From Bacteroidia bacterium (GTDB lineage Bacteria; Bacteroidota; Bacteroidia; M30B66), in assembly GCA_965279035.1 (NCBI GenBank), contig OZ257142.1:2784001-2848000 (forward strand): a stretch of DNA of 64,000 bases, in the 5' to 3' direction. The position numbers and the translations under genes are program-made. Positions 40,912 through 49,883 of this stretch are shown piece after piece (the stretch's first letter is position 1; every line of letters begins with the position of its first letter). Below the pieces are notes generated by a model. That model saw only the letters and a program-made list of their open reading frames with translations. It did not search any database and was not told the DNA's origin.

Positions 40912-40948
40912 TTCTTTATTTAATGATTGGAATTAATTCAAATGGAAA

Positions 40949-41770
40949 ATGAATGGTATAATCATTACATTATCAATAATAGGTTTTCTACTCGTATTGT
41001 ATAGTCTAGGGAAAATCAATTTATCCTTCCAATTTAATAGGCAGATAGAAACACTTTTTAGGAATTCAAAAAATCCTTCTCAACGAACATATTCGAACGA
41101 ACAAATAAAGGATTTGCCCGAACCAGTTCAACGCTATTTCAATCGTGTTTTAATAGAAGGACAAACCTATATCAATTATGTAAGAATGCGACACGAAGGA
41201 CGTTTCAAAACGGGTATTCACAAAGGGTGGATCAACATTCAAGGTGAACACTATGCAACAACAGAAAAGCCCGGTTTTATATGGAAAGGAACTACTGCAT
41301 TCTTTAATGCTTTTGATATGTATATAAAAGAGAATGGAAAGTTGATTGTAAGGCTTTTGGCGTTAGTAACTATGGTCAATGCGACTGGAAAACAGTATGA
41401 TCAAGGAGAACTGCTTCGTTGGCTTGGAGAAAGTGTTTTATATCCAACCAATTTATTACCGAGTGAACGTTTACAATGGCATCCAATAGATGATAACTCA
41501 TCAAAAATACTGTTTGAATACAATGGACTTTCGCTATTTTTTGTAGTTAGATTAAATCAAGCCGGTGAGATAATCGAAATGAAAACGAATCGCTATATGG
41601 ATGAAAATAAATTAGAAGATTGGATAATTCAATTAGCAGATTATAAATTATGGAATCAGATACTTATTCCAACCCAATTTGAAGTCTCTTGGAGTTTAAA
41701 AACAGGTCTTTTCTGTTATGCCAAGTTCCATTTGACAGAAGTGGAGTATGGTATTTCGGAACGGTTTTAA
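40949..41770 (+). CDS. Membrane-anchored hypothetical protein (DUF6544-like)
   Basis: DLPEPVQRYF, PGFIW, GELLRWLGE...PT.LLP. Confidence 0.7.
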   Translation: MNGIIITLSIIGFLLVLYSLGKINLSFQFNRQIETLFRNSKNPSQRTYSNEQIKDLPEPVQRYFNRVLIEGQTYINYVRMRHEGRFKTGIHKGWINIQGEHYATTEKPGFIWKGTTAFFNAFDMYIKENGKLIVRLLALVTMVNATGKQYDQGELLRWLGESVLYPTNLLPSERLQWHPIDDNSSKILFEYNGLSLFFVVRLNQAGEIIEMKTNRYMDENKLEDWIIQLADYKLWNQILIPTQFEVSWSLKTGLFCYAKFHLTEVEYGISERF

Positions 41771-41834
41771 GTTCATGTTTTGAAAGTTAGGTTTTGATTT
41801 AAATGGATTAAGTGTTAACAATGAATTCTTCAAT

Positions 41835-41867
41835 AAAAAAAAGCAAGCCCGTTTCCAGACTTGCTTT
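41835..41867 (-). terminator. Intrinsic terminator of the 138-aa gene
   Basis: Minus strand AAAGCAAGTCTG-gaaa-CGGGCTTGC followed by T8. Confidence 0.85.
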
Positions 41868-41883
41868 CCTCATGGCTGCGAGC

Positions 41884-42300
41884 TTAAGCCGCTAAACCCG
41901 CTTTGTAAGCCGTAACTTGTGTAATTAATAAATCCGTTTCGGCTAATTGTTGAATAGCATTATTCAGCGATAATTCGCGTAATACAGATCCAATTGCTCC
42001 GTATCTATCTTTCTTAAGTTCCATTTTACCAATTTCCGATTGCAAATCCAATAAGGCTAAACGAGCAATTTCTTTTCGCTCACTCGGAGGCATTGCTTCG
42101 TAACGAGGTTGATCAAATTCTAACTCAGCTTTTTTAGAATCAAGTAGAGCCTGAAAATCTAAGGCATCGTCGGTTAATTGATTCGATTTGAAAATGAGAT
42201 TCTGTTTTTTGTTTTCAATGACTTCACGGTCATCATTTAATTGGTCGAGTAATGCATCACAATCTGCAATAGAGGTAATGCTGTTTAACATGTACGCCAT
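41884..42300 (-). CDS. Hypothetical all-helical coiled-coil protein
   Basis: 138 aa with heptad pattern; own TAAGTTTG box (42336-42329) and terminator. Confidence 0.8.
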   Translation of the reverse strand: MAYMLNSITSIADCDALLDQLNDDREVIENKKQNLIFKSNQLTDDALDFQALLDSKKAELEFDQPRYEAMPPSERKEIARLALLDLQSEIGKMELKKDRYGAIGSVLRELSLNNAIQQLAETDLLITQVTAYKAGLAA

Positions 42301-42393
42301 AAAAAATTGGATTTGGTTTATAGTATTTCAAACTTAAAATCCAATTAAGATAAATACAAGTATATTTTGAATAAATTGAGATTGAGGTGGAAA

Positions 42394-42942
42394 TTAGGGT
42401 GAAATAACCCCCTTTTTTAGTAGTATTTCAATACTTTCAATTTTTGCTTGGATTTCGGTAACATCAAATAGCTGCTTTACCAGTAAATTCAAGACTTTAT
42501 GCTCTAAATCAAATTGCACTTGATACATTTCCTTTTGAATACGAACATTTAATAAGGGATCAGAATCTTTCGGTAATAGCTGTTCCAATGCGCTTAAGCT
42601 CCGCATTTGGACGTGCATTGTTTCATATTTTTCGTGAAAAGCAGTTAATCTCTTTTGCTTTGTCTTTAATTGAAAGTTTAGTCTATCCAACTGCACCTGT
42701 AATTGCCTGAATAATAATGCATTTATACCCTCTTCAAAGTTACGATCGTCAAGCAAACGCTTAAAACTTTCTTGTTCTGACAAAAGCTGCAATTGAACAT
42801 AGGTTGACTTGAGCTTTTGTGGCAAGGCTCTATTTCCTTGCTCAATGGAATTGAGGTTATTCTTTGTCAAGCCTAGTATTCGCGCTAGTTGTACTTGTGA
42901 TATGTTAAGATTTTCTCTTAGTTCTCGAATTAATACCGACAT
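42394..42942 (-). CDS. XRE-family HTH protein with C-terminal coiled coil
   Basis: IRELRENLNISQVQLARILGLTKNNLNSIEQGNR. Confidence 0.85.
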   Translation of the reverse strand: MSVLIRELRENLNISQVQLARILGLTKNNLNSIEQGNRALPQKLKSTYVQLQLLSEQESFKRLLDDRNFEEGINALLFRQLQVQLDRLNFQLKTKQKRLTAFHEKYETMHVQMRSLSALEQLLPKDSDPLLNVRIQKEMYQVQFDLEHKVLNLLVKQLFDVTEIQAKIESIEILLKKGVISP

Positions 42943-43036
42943 CGTAGATTGCTTTTAAACCACCAGCCGATTATCCAATCGGTTCAAATAATCTCGGCTA
43001 TAAGTTGAATTTGAGAACTAAATATACAAACACATT

Positions 43037-43165
43037 TTGAGTTTTCCAATTTTTGAGAACCGTTTTTACGATAACCGATTTCGGTTCTCACGATTTGAGT
43101 TCTCAAATTCTTGAGAACCGTTTTTCAAAATCTAATTTCGGTTATCAAGAATTGAATTTTCAAAA
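43037..43165. repeat. About 2.2 imperfect tandem copies of a 58-bp unit with internal inverted repeats
   Basis: TTGAGAACCGTTTTT at 43053 and 43111; TGAGAACCG / CGGTTCTCA inverted pair. Confidence 0.7.
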
Positions 43166-43220
43166 CTGCTAAACAATATCGAATTGGATTATTGAATTCT
43201 AGAAATTAACTAACATTGCG

Positions 43221-45259
43221 TTGGAGAAGGCAAAGTTGCTTTATTCACCCTCTCTTGAGCCAACTGTTGATCCCGGAAAAGATGGTACTACTGCCGGAAT
43301 TGCTAAAGATGTCTTTGGATTTGTTCTCAATTACTTTAGTGGGGATTATAACCCAATTGGAGGGGGAGCATCTGGATTCATAAATCCTGTTCCATCTAAT
43401 GAGACTGCTAGTGCTTATGACATGGGTGATCAAGGACTCTTCAATGGGAACATCAAACAAATGACCGTTGGTTTATTGAGGTAAGTACAAATGGTAGTCA
43501 TACCATTGGGTATAATTACTCCTATGATCAGTTAAACCGTTTAACTGGCATGGATGCCTATACTGGACTCAATGCATCAACCAATACATGGACATCCAGT
43601 ACTGTTCAATTAGACGATTACAAAGAGCGGATTACCTATGATCCCAATGGAAACATTCAGCGTTATCTCCGTAATGGAAACTCTGCTAGCGGAATTAATA
43701 TGGACAGTCTTGGGTATAAATATATATCTGGAACGAACCAACTCAGAAGAGTAAGTGATCAAGTTTTATTGACTTACACCCAAGACTATGAAGACATTGA
43801 AAACCAACCAGCATCTACTTCAGACTATTTCTATGAATATGATCCAAGCGGAAATCTCACACATGATTATGCCGAAAATCTAACCATACAGTGGAATCCT
43901 TATGGTAAAATAAGACAGATTCAAGGCTCTGGTAAACTCATCACATTTCAGTATGACCCAACCGGAAACCGTGTCGGTAAAACAGTTACCCAATCCGGAC
44001 AAACGACAAGCACCTATTACGTTCGCGATGCGCAGGGGAATTCTCTAGCTACCTATTCCAAAACATCACAACAAGGACAAGAGCAACTTACCCTAGATGA
44101 ATTACATCTCTATGGCTCCTCTCGATTAGGGCTTCTGAGCCCCTCTATAATTGTTTATCCATCTCCAACACAATCCAACACGAGTTCGTACCTTACAGGG
44201 CGTAAAACATACGAACTCTGCAACCACCTCGGTAACGTCATGGCTACAATTTCAGATCTAAAACAGGCGGTCGATATTGAACCGGATCAGGTGACCGATT
44301 ATTTCATTGCTACCGTCAAAACACAACAAGATTATTACCCTTTCGGTATGCTTATGCCCGGTAGATCATATACTGCTAACTCAACTGAAATGTATAAGTA
44401 TGGGTTCAACGGGCAGGAAAAGGATGATGAAGTTTATGGGGAAGGAAACTTAAATTCAGCCTTATTCTGGGAGTATGATACCAGATTAGGTAGAAGGTGG
44501 AATATGGATCCTGTTATTAAATACTGGATGTCTCCATTTCATGCATTTAGTAATAATCCGATTCAAAATATTGATCCAATCGGTGCAAACGACGATGATT
44601 ATAAATTAGACAGGGAAAGTGGAGGCATAGTAAAAATTAGAGAAACAGAAGAAAATACAGATAGGATTTATGCAGAGAACGAAGCTGGTGATATAGATCT
44701 TAATAATTCCATTACTGTTGAAAAAGGAATTATTGCTAACAAAGGTGAATATCAATACAAAGAAAAAGACGGTACTTCGTCGGAAACAAATACAGTTAGA
44801 TTGTCTGAAAATATTGCAGATATGAACAGACTGTATAAGTTTGTGGCAACAAACTCAAATGTAGAATGGAGTTTGTGCACTTTTCAAAATAAAAATAGTA
44901 CATTTTCAACATTAAGTACAGAAAATGATCAAGGTGCTGTATCAACACTCCCTTATCGATATTTATTAAAAAATTATAAAGAATTAAGACTTTTGTCTCA
45001 GTCCCATAGTCATTACGGAAATTTTAATCCTTCTAATAATTATCCTTTAGTACCGTCAGGATTTAATTATGATTTAACAATTTCATCAGAAGAAGGTGAT
45101 CGACCATCTTATGAATATGATAATAATGAATACAAAGGTCGAATTCCTGAATTTTATGAAATATTTGCTCCATCTATGCCTAATGTAATTATTTTACATA
45201 ATAGCAAAATAGTAATCTTCAGTACCTCAAAAACATTTGAAGTAATTAATAAAAAATAA
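43221..45259 (+). pseudogene. 5'-truncated, frameshifted RHS gene fragment; the 3' part (43550-45259) encodes an RHS core plus JAB-like toxin tip
   Basis: LFNGNI motif in ORF 43221-43484 continues in another frame as GYNYSYDQLNRL; DYYPFGM, YKYGFNGQEKD, NPIQNIDPIG; tip NVEWS...HSH...GD. Confidence 0.85.
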
Positions 45260-45261
45260 TA

Positions 45262-45714
45262 ATGGAAAATAGAACAATAACTTTACTCATTATAATATTT
45301 GTTTTTGCATTTTTAATTTCATGTCAAAGAAATGAATCTTTTTTTGTAAATAAGGAGTTAGTACTCCAAATTGAGAAATTTAAGATTGAGTCTAAATACT
45401 ACTGCCCTTATTGTGATGAATTAATAGTTATGGACGTGAATAAAAATGACTCAGGATATGTTTTTTTTTTAAAATCCAAACCTCCTAAAACATTTGACAA
45501 ATTATATACTATTGTAAAATTTCAATCTAATTTTATTTTTATTTACTCAGATTCAGATATTAGTGAGTTTGTATATAGTCCTTCTCCTTACAATTTTGAA
45601 ACAGATGACTTCAAATTTTATTTATCAAATAAAGAATATGATAATATTTATAGAGATATGTTTTATTATAATGGAAAATATTTCTATAGAATCCCACCAC
45701 CGCCAATAAAATAG
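45262..45714 (+). CDS. Putative immunity lipoprotein
   Basis: Starts 2 nt after the toxin stop; lipobox LISC; very AT-rich. Confidence 0.7.
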   Translation: MENRTITLLIIIFVFAFLISCQRNESFFVNKELVLQIEKFKIESKYYCPYCDELIVMDVNKNDSGYVFFLKSKPPKTFDKLYTIVKFQSNFIFIYSDSDISEFVYSPSPYNFETDDFKFYLSNKEYDNIYRDMFYYNGKYFYRIPPPPIK

Positions 45715-45947
45715 GAAGTTCGATTCTACTTATTGTATTTAAAAAATCAGACTTAATCCTAAACTCTGTTGTGTGTATTTTTTATTTAAGTGATTAAAGT
45801 CGAGAATAGTAATTAAAGGAGTTAGTGCTTAATAAAAGTGTGCATTGGATTCTCAATTCAAAATTAGAAAAAATTATTAAATTATTATTTCGTCCAATCA
45901 AAGCTAATTGCATTAAACTTGCATACGATGCTTAACCTCGTATCACT

Positions 45948-46385
45948 TTATTGCTTAATATAAATGACCCTGTTGTCACAACCTTCAGGAACCGCAATAA
46001 AAACGATAATGTTATCTGATATTGATTCACATCTTTTTTCAATCGCAACTGATTCCTGATTAAGTACCAAAGTGTCGGAAGTTAATTTTTCGATTTTAAA
46101 TTTAAATCTTTGTTTTTTTCCAAAAAAAACATTTCCAAAATGCTCAATAATAATTAGCTTATCTTTTCTCTTTTTAAATGTGATATGCTCAAATTCGTTA
46201 AGATGTGAAAAGCCTTCTTTTTGTAATGTTAGACATACATTCGCGTTAGCACTATACCATGAATTATATATTGATTGAGAATTTAATTCAAATGAAAATG
46301 CAAAAAATATTAATAAACAAAGAAATATTTCAAAAACATTTCTTTGATTTTGTTTAAATCTGAAGAATGAAAAAGTCAAATCCAT
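45948..46385 (-). CDS. Putative exported immunity protein (lipocalin-like strands)
   Basis: Start overlaps the stop of the second RHS tip (TAATG); hydrophobic signal segment; FKIEKLTSDTLVL. Confidence 0.65.
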   Translation of the reverse strand: MDLTFSFFRFKQNQRNVFEIFLCLLIFFAFSFELNSQSIYNSWYSANANVCLTLQKEGFSHLNEFEHITFKKRKDKLIIIEHFGNVFFGKKQRFKFKIEKLTSDTLVLNQESVAIEKRCESISDNIIVFIAVPEGCDNRVIYIKQ

Positions 46386-47470
46386 TATTTAGCCTTCTTA
46401 GTTATTGTTAAAGTTGCACGAATTCGAAAACCTCTGCAAGCATCTACATGACCATTGATAGTATTCCAAATGCCAGCTGCAGATATATTATCTCTAGTAT
46501 CTAACATTGTACCTATTACTGGTTTAAAGTTTGGATTAGCAAATGTTGCTGGTTTTCTGTTTCCATTAGGACCAGACAATCCAAGATTCCAAGGTGCGGA
46601 ATTTAAAAAGAACCAATATGTTGCTGGATTTGTAGGATTTGTATCATCAGGCTTGACATATATATTATCGACAGAGATATTATATGTTAATACCCCATGC
46701 TGTTGCTTTAAGTAAGAATTTATACTCTCTTTTCTTAGTAGTGAAATACAATGAAAATCGTTGCCAACTGACAAAGGAAAAATTCTAGTTAATTTAGGGG
46801 AACTAGTATTTTCATATTGAAGATTTTCAACATTTTCAAATTTGAAAGTTTTAGTTTCAGTTTTGTTAGGTATTTTATAATGGAGATAGTCCTGACGTTC
46901 AACAGAACTTGATCCATTTAATGTTACATCCTGAATTTGTGCTGATTCAATCCCATTTGTAATATTCCCATTAATTGTATGTCCTTCAACATTTAAATCC
47001 TTTTCTGATTTTTGAAATATTTTCCCGTCTTGAAACCACTTATTTTGGTACTTATCCTTAATTTGATTCCAATCTTTTCTTTTTCGCAATTCCCCTTTTT
47101 CTTGTCTTGATGCTCGAATTACATCTCCTAAAACATCTGTAAAAATAATTGGATTATTATCCATTGAGCAAAACGGACTTTGCCATGGTTGAGTCTCAGG
47201 GTCAATACTAAACCACCTTCCTAATCGAGGATCATTTTGTCTATATAGTGTAGTATAGCTATTTTCCACACCTTCTATTTCATCATTTTTTTCCATTCCA
47301 TTAAACCCATACCTATACATTTCAGTTGAGTTAGCAGTATATGATCTACCGGGCATAAGCATACCGAAAGGGTAATAATCTTGTTGTGTTTTGACGGTAG
47401 CAATGAAATAATCGGTCACCCCGTCCTGTTCTAGATCGACCGCTTGCTTTAGATCTGAAATTGTAGCCAT
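46385..47470 (-). CDS. Orphan RHS-core fragment with an unrecognised C-terminal toxin domain
   Basis: DYYPFGM, YRYGFNGMEK, RLGRWFSIDP, NNPIIFTDVLG, then ~245 aa of unrelated sequence; RHS homology extends upstream to 47583. Confidence 0.85.
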   Translation of the reverse strand: MATISDLKQAVDLEQDGVTDYFIATVKTQQDYYPFGMLMPGRSYTANSTEMYRYGFNGMEKNDEIEGVENSYTTLYRQNDPRLGRWFSIDPETQPWQSPFCSMDNNPIIFTDVLGDVIRASRQEKGELRKRKDWNQIKDKYQNKWFQDGKIFQKSEKDLNVEGHTINGNITNGIESAQIQDVTLNGSSSVERQDYLHYKIPNKTETKTFKFENVENLQYENTSSPKLTRIFPLSVGNDFHCISLLRKESINSYLKQQHGVLTYNISVDNIYVKPDDTNPTNPATYWFFLNSAPWNLGLSGPNGNRKPATFANPNFKPVIGTMLDTRDNISAAGIWNTINGHVDACRGFRIRATLTITKKAK

Positions 47471-47626
47471 GACGTTACCGAGGTGGTTGCAGAGTTCGTA
47501 TGTTTTACGCCCTGTAAGGTAAGAACTCGTGTTGGATTGTACTGGAGGTGGATAAACAATTTTAGAGGGGCTCAGAAGCCCTACCTGGTGATTGAATTGA
47601 CTTGAATTTTACATTAATATCCAAAC

Positions 47627-47660
47627 CCCATAGCCCATGGATTCAATCAAGGGCTATGGG
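47627..47660. repeat. REP-like palindrome, possibly also a terminator
   Basis: CCCATAGCCC-atggattcaatcaa-GGGCTATGGG; core resembles the 39351 and 39436 elements. Confidence 0.65.
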
Positions 47661-47678
47661 ATCTACTATAACATAATT

Positions 47679-48562
47679 CTAATTCATCGCATGCTTAAAT
47701 ACATTATTAACAAAATCCTCCAAACGGGTTGGTGTGGTTGATTGCGCATTGCGTTCGGAAACTGAAAATAATCCTTCGTTAATTCCTACATACATGCCGT
47801 TAAATGCATCTGCCATGCTCTCAGAAATGCCATATTGCAACAGGGCATTCTTATTATCCTCATACGAAAATTCTACATAGGCTAAATCGGGTTTGCCAAT
47901 GGCTTGTCCAACGATGGAGGCAATTTCATTATGATCGTAATGACGATCACCTAGTAAATCTGCTACTTGTTTTCCTTTGAAATCGAGCGCTGTTAAACGT
48001 GCTGCAACAAAAGCGGCAATGTCTTGGGTTGCAATCATGCCCATTTTAATTGAACTTTTCACAGGACTTCCAATAATTCCCATGCTTTTAATCACACCTA
48101 TTTGGTTGAATAAATTTTCCATAAAATAAGCAGCACGAACACTTAATACATTCACATCTTCGGGTAATTGATTTAATCGAATTTCTTGTCGGCCTACACC
48201 AGCAACAACTCCTGTATTTTCAATATTCTGTGCCCCTTGGGAAGAAAGGAAAATCACGTTTTCACTCCTGAACTCTTAATGGCAGTGATTTGTGCTTCAC
48301 CTACTTCGTCCTGGTGTTTGGCGATGTTTGCTGCTTGCAAATAAGGTGGAATCAAAAAGAATACGGCTTCTGCTCCTTGCAGGGCTTGAGATAAGAACAG
48401 AGCATCATGCAAATCACCTGTTTCGATGAGTGCTCCTTGCTCACGAAGACTTTCCAATTTATCGGCATGGCGAGCAATGGCTTTCACTTGTTTGCCTTGA
48501 GCTAATAAGTGCTTGACTATTTTAGATCCAATATTTCCGCTGGCTCCAGTTACTACAATCAT
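47679..48562 (-). pseudogene. NmrA-like NAD(P)H-binding protein split by a 1-bp frameshift
   Basis: VTGASGNIG N-terminus; adding one A at 48259-48262 restores SGVKNVIFLSS and joins ORFs 48254-48562 and 47679-48257. Confidence 0.85.
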
Positions 48563-48670
48563 GGTATTTTGTTTTTAGTGTGAAAATTAAATTCATTAGT
48601 TTTGCAAAGAAACAAACATTAGTTTCATATTGTAACAATTATTGAAAATAGTGGTAACCCGGAGGTAACT

Positions 48671-48994
48671 ATGGCAAAACAAGACGATTTTGAATGTCCT
48701 GTAACAGCTACATTGAGTGTAATTGGTGGTCGCTGGAAACCGGTTATTTTATACACACTTAGCGGAGGCAAAAAGCGATTTGGTCAGTTGGATGCGGTGA
48801 TTGGAGGCATTAGTCGCAAAATACTGACAGAACAATTGAAAGAATTAGAAGAGCATGAATTAATCATTCGTCGCAAGTACAACGAAACGCCACCACGTGT
48901 AGAATATGAATTAAGCGAAAAGGGCAAAACGCTCAAACCCGTGATGGAAGCTATGAGTATTTGGGGATTAAAGCATGTGATGAAGAAGGGGTGA
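48671..48994 (+). CDS. HxlR-family winged-helix regulator
   Basis: CPVTATLSVIGGRWK and PPRVEYELSEKG; divergent from the NmrA-like gene. Confidence 0.92.
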   Translation: MAKQDDFECPVTATLSVIGGRWKPVILYTLSGGKKRFGQLDAVIGGISRKILTEQLKELEEHELIIRRKYNETPPRVEYELSEKGKTLKPVMEAMSIWGLKHVMKKG

Positions 48995-49124
48995 AATTAA
49001 TTACGAATTATGGATGACGATATATTAAAAATGAATTATGAATTTAGGATTATAATTTAAGTTCAATGAGTTTCTATTTTATTCGTCGCAAATCGAATAG
49101 CCATTACTGCCGCTAAAAAAAAAT

Positions 49125-49883
49125 TTAAATCTTCTCCAAATCGGCCAAGGGAAGCCAGCCTACATTGCCATCGGCTAGGCGTATTTTTACCCAATCGCCT
49201 AATTCGTCGGTGAGATAGACTTTGGTGCCGGCATGCACGACAAACAATCCCGTTCCGCTTTCTACCGGTGAACTTTTTACCGAAACGCTGCCCGAAAATA
49301 CGATGGCTTCGTTGTGTTTGGTTTGTTGATGATACATCGAAATGCCCAATCCTACAAAAAGAAATGAACCCAACAACAATATAATTCCAGTATAAAATCC
49401 GAATTTCTTTTGGAAGATTGTTTTCCCTAAAACATAGAGAAAAAATCCAGCACTCGAGAGCGCAAAGGCAAGCAGAAAAAGGATTCCCCACACATCGGCA
49501 CTCGCCATACTGCGTAATGAAATCATCCAACGGATGTAAAATAATTCAGGAACAGGTTCTATTTTATCTTCAATGCGTTGATTGACAATTTCCAAATTAA
49601 ATCGCACATCTTCATCGTCGGGATTGAGTCGCAAAGAACGCTCGTAATTCAGGATGGCATTGGGATAATCGGTGAGTTTGTAATAGGAATTTCCCAAATT
49701 AAAATACAGCTCTGCATTAGCTAATTTCTGATCCGAAATAATTTGCTCATACTTAATCACAGAAGTCTTATAATCGCCTTTGATATAGGCATTTTCGGCT
49801 TCAACAAAAAGCGATGCAGGAGAGATTGCTTTGCTCGAAAGCACGCTAAAAAGACAAGCAATCAGGAGGAGGATTTCTCTCAT
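49125..49883 (-). CDS. batE: BatE (TPR + SH3-like)
   Basis: YFNLGNSYYK TPR, VHAGTKV, GNVGWLP; last gene of the bat operon. Confidence 0.88.
   Translation of the reverse strand: MREILLLIACLFSVLSSKAISPASLFVEAENAYIKGDYKTSVIKYEQIISDQKLANAELYFNLGNSYYKLTDYPNAILNYERSLRLNPDDEDVRFNLEIVNQRIEDKIEPVPELFYIRWMISLRSMASADVWGILFLLAFALSSAGFFLYVLGKTIFQKKFGFYTGIILLLGSFLFVGLGISMYHQQTKHNEAIVFSGSVSVKSSPVESGTGLFVVHAGTKVYLTDELGDWVKIRLADGNVGWLPLADLEKI

Larger units (their letters stand above)
44127..47583. repeat. 280-bp inverted repeat (44127-44406 / 47304-47583) in RHS core sequence
   Basis: Manual alignment: 14 mismatches in 280 bp, no gaps, with a 107-bp perfect run. Confidence 0.92.

Noticed and set aside
43037-43165. 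CRISPR-like periodic repeat
   Set aside because: Contiguous imperfect tandem units without unique spacers
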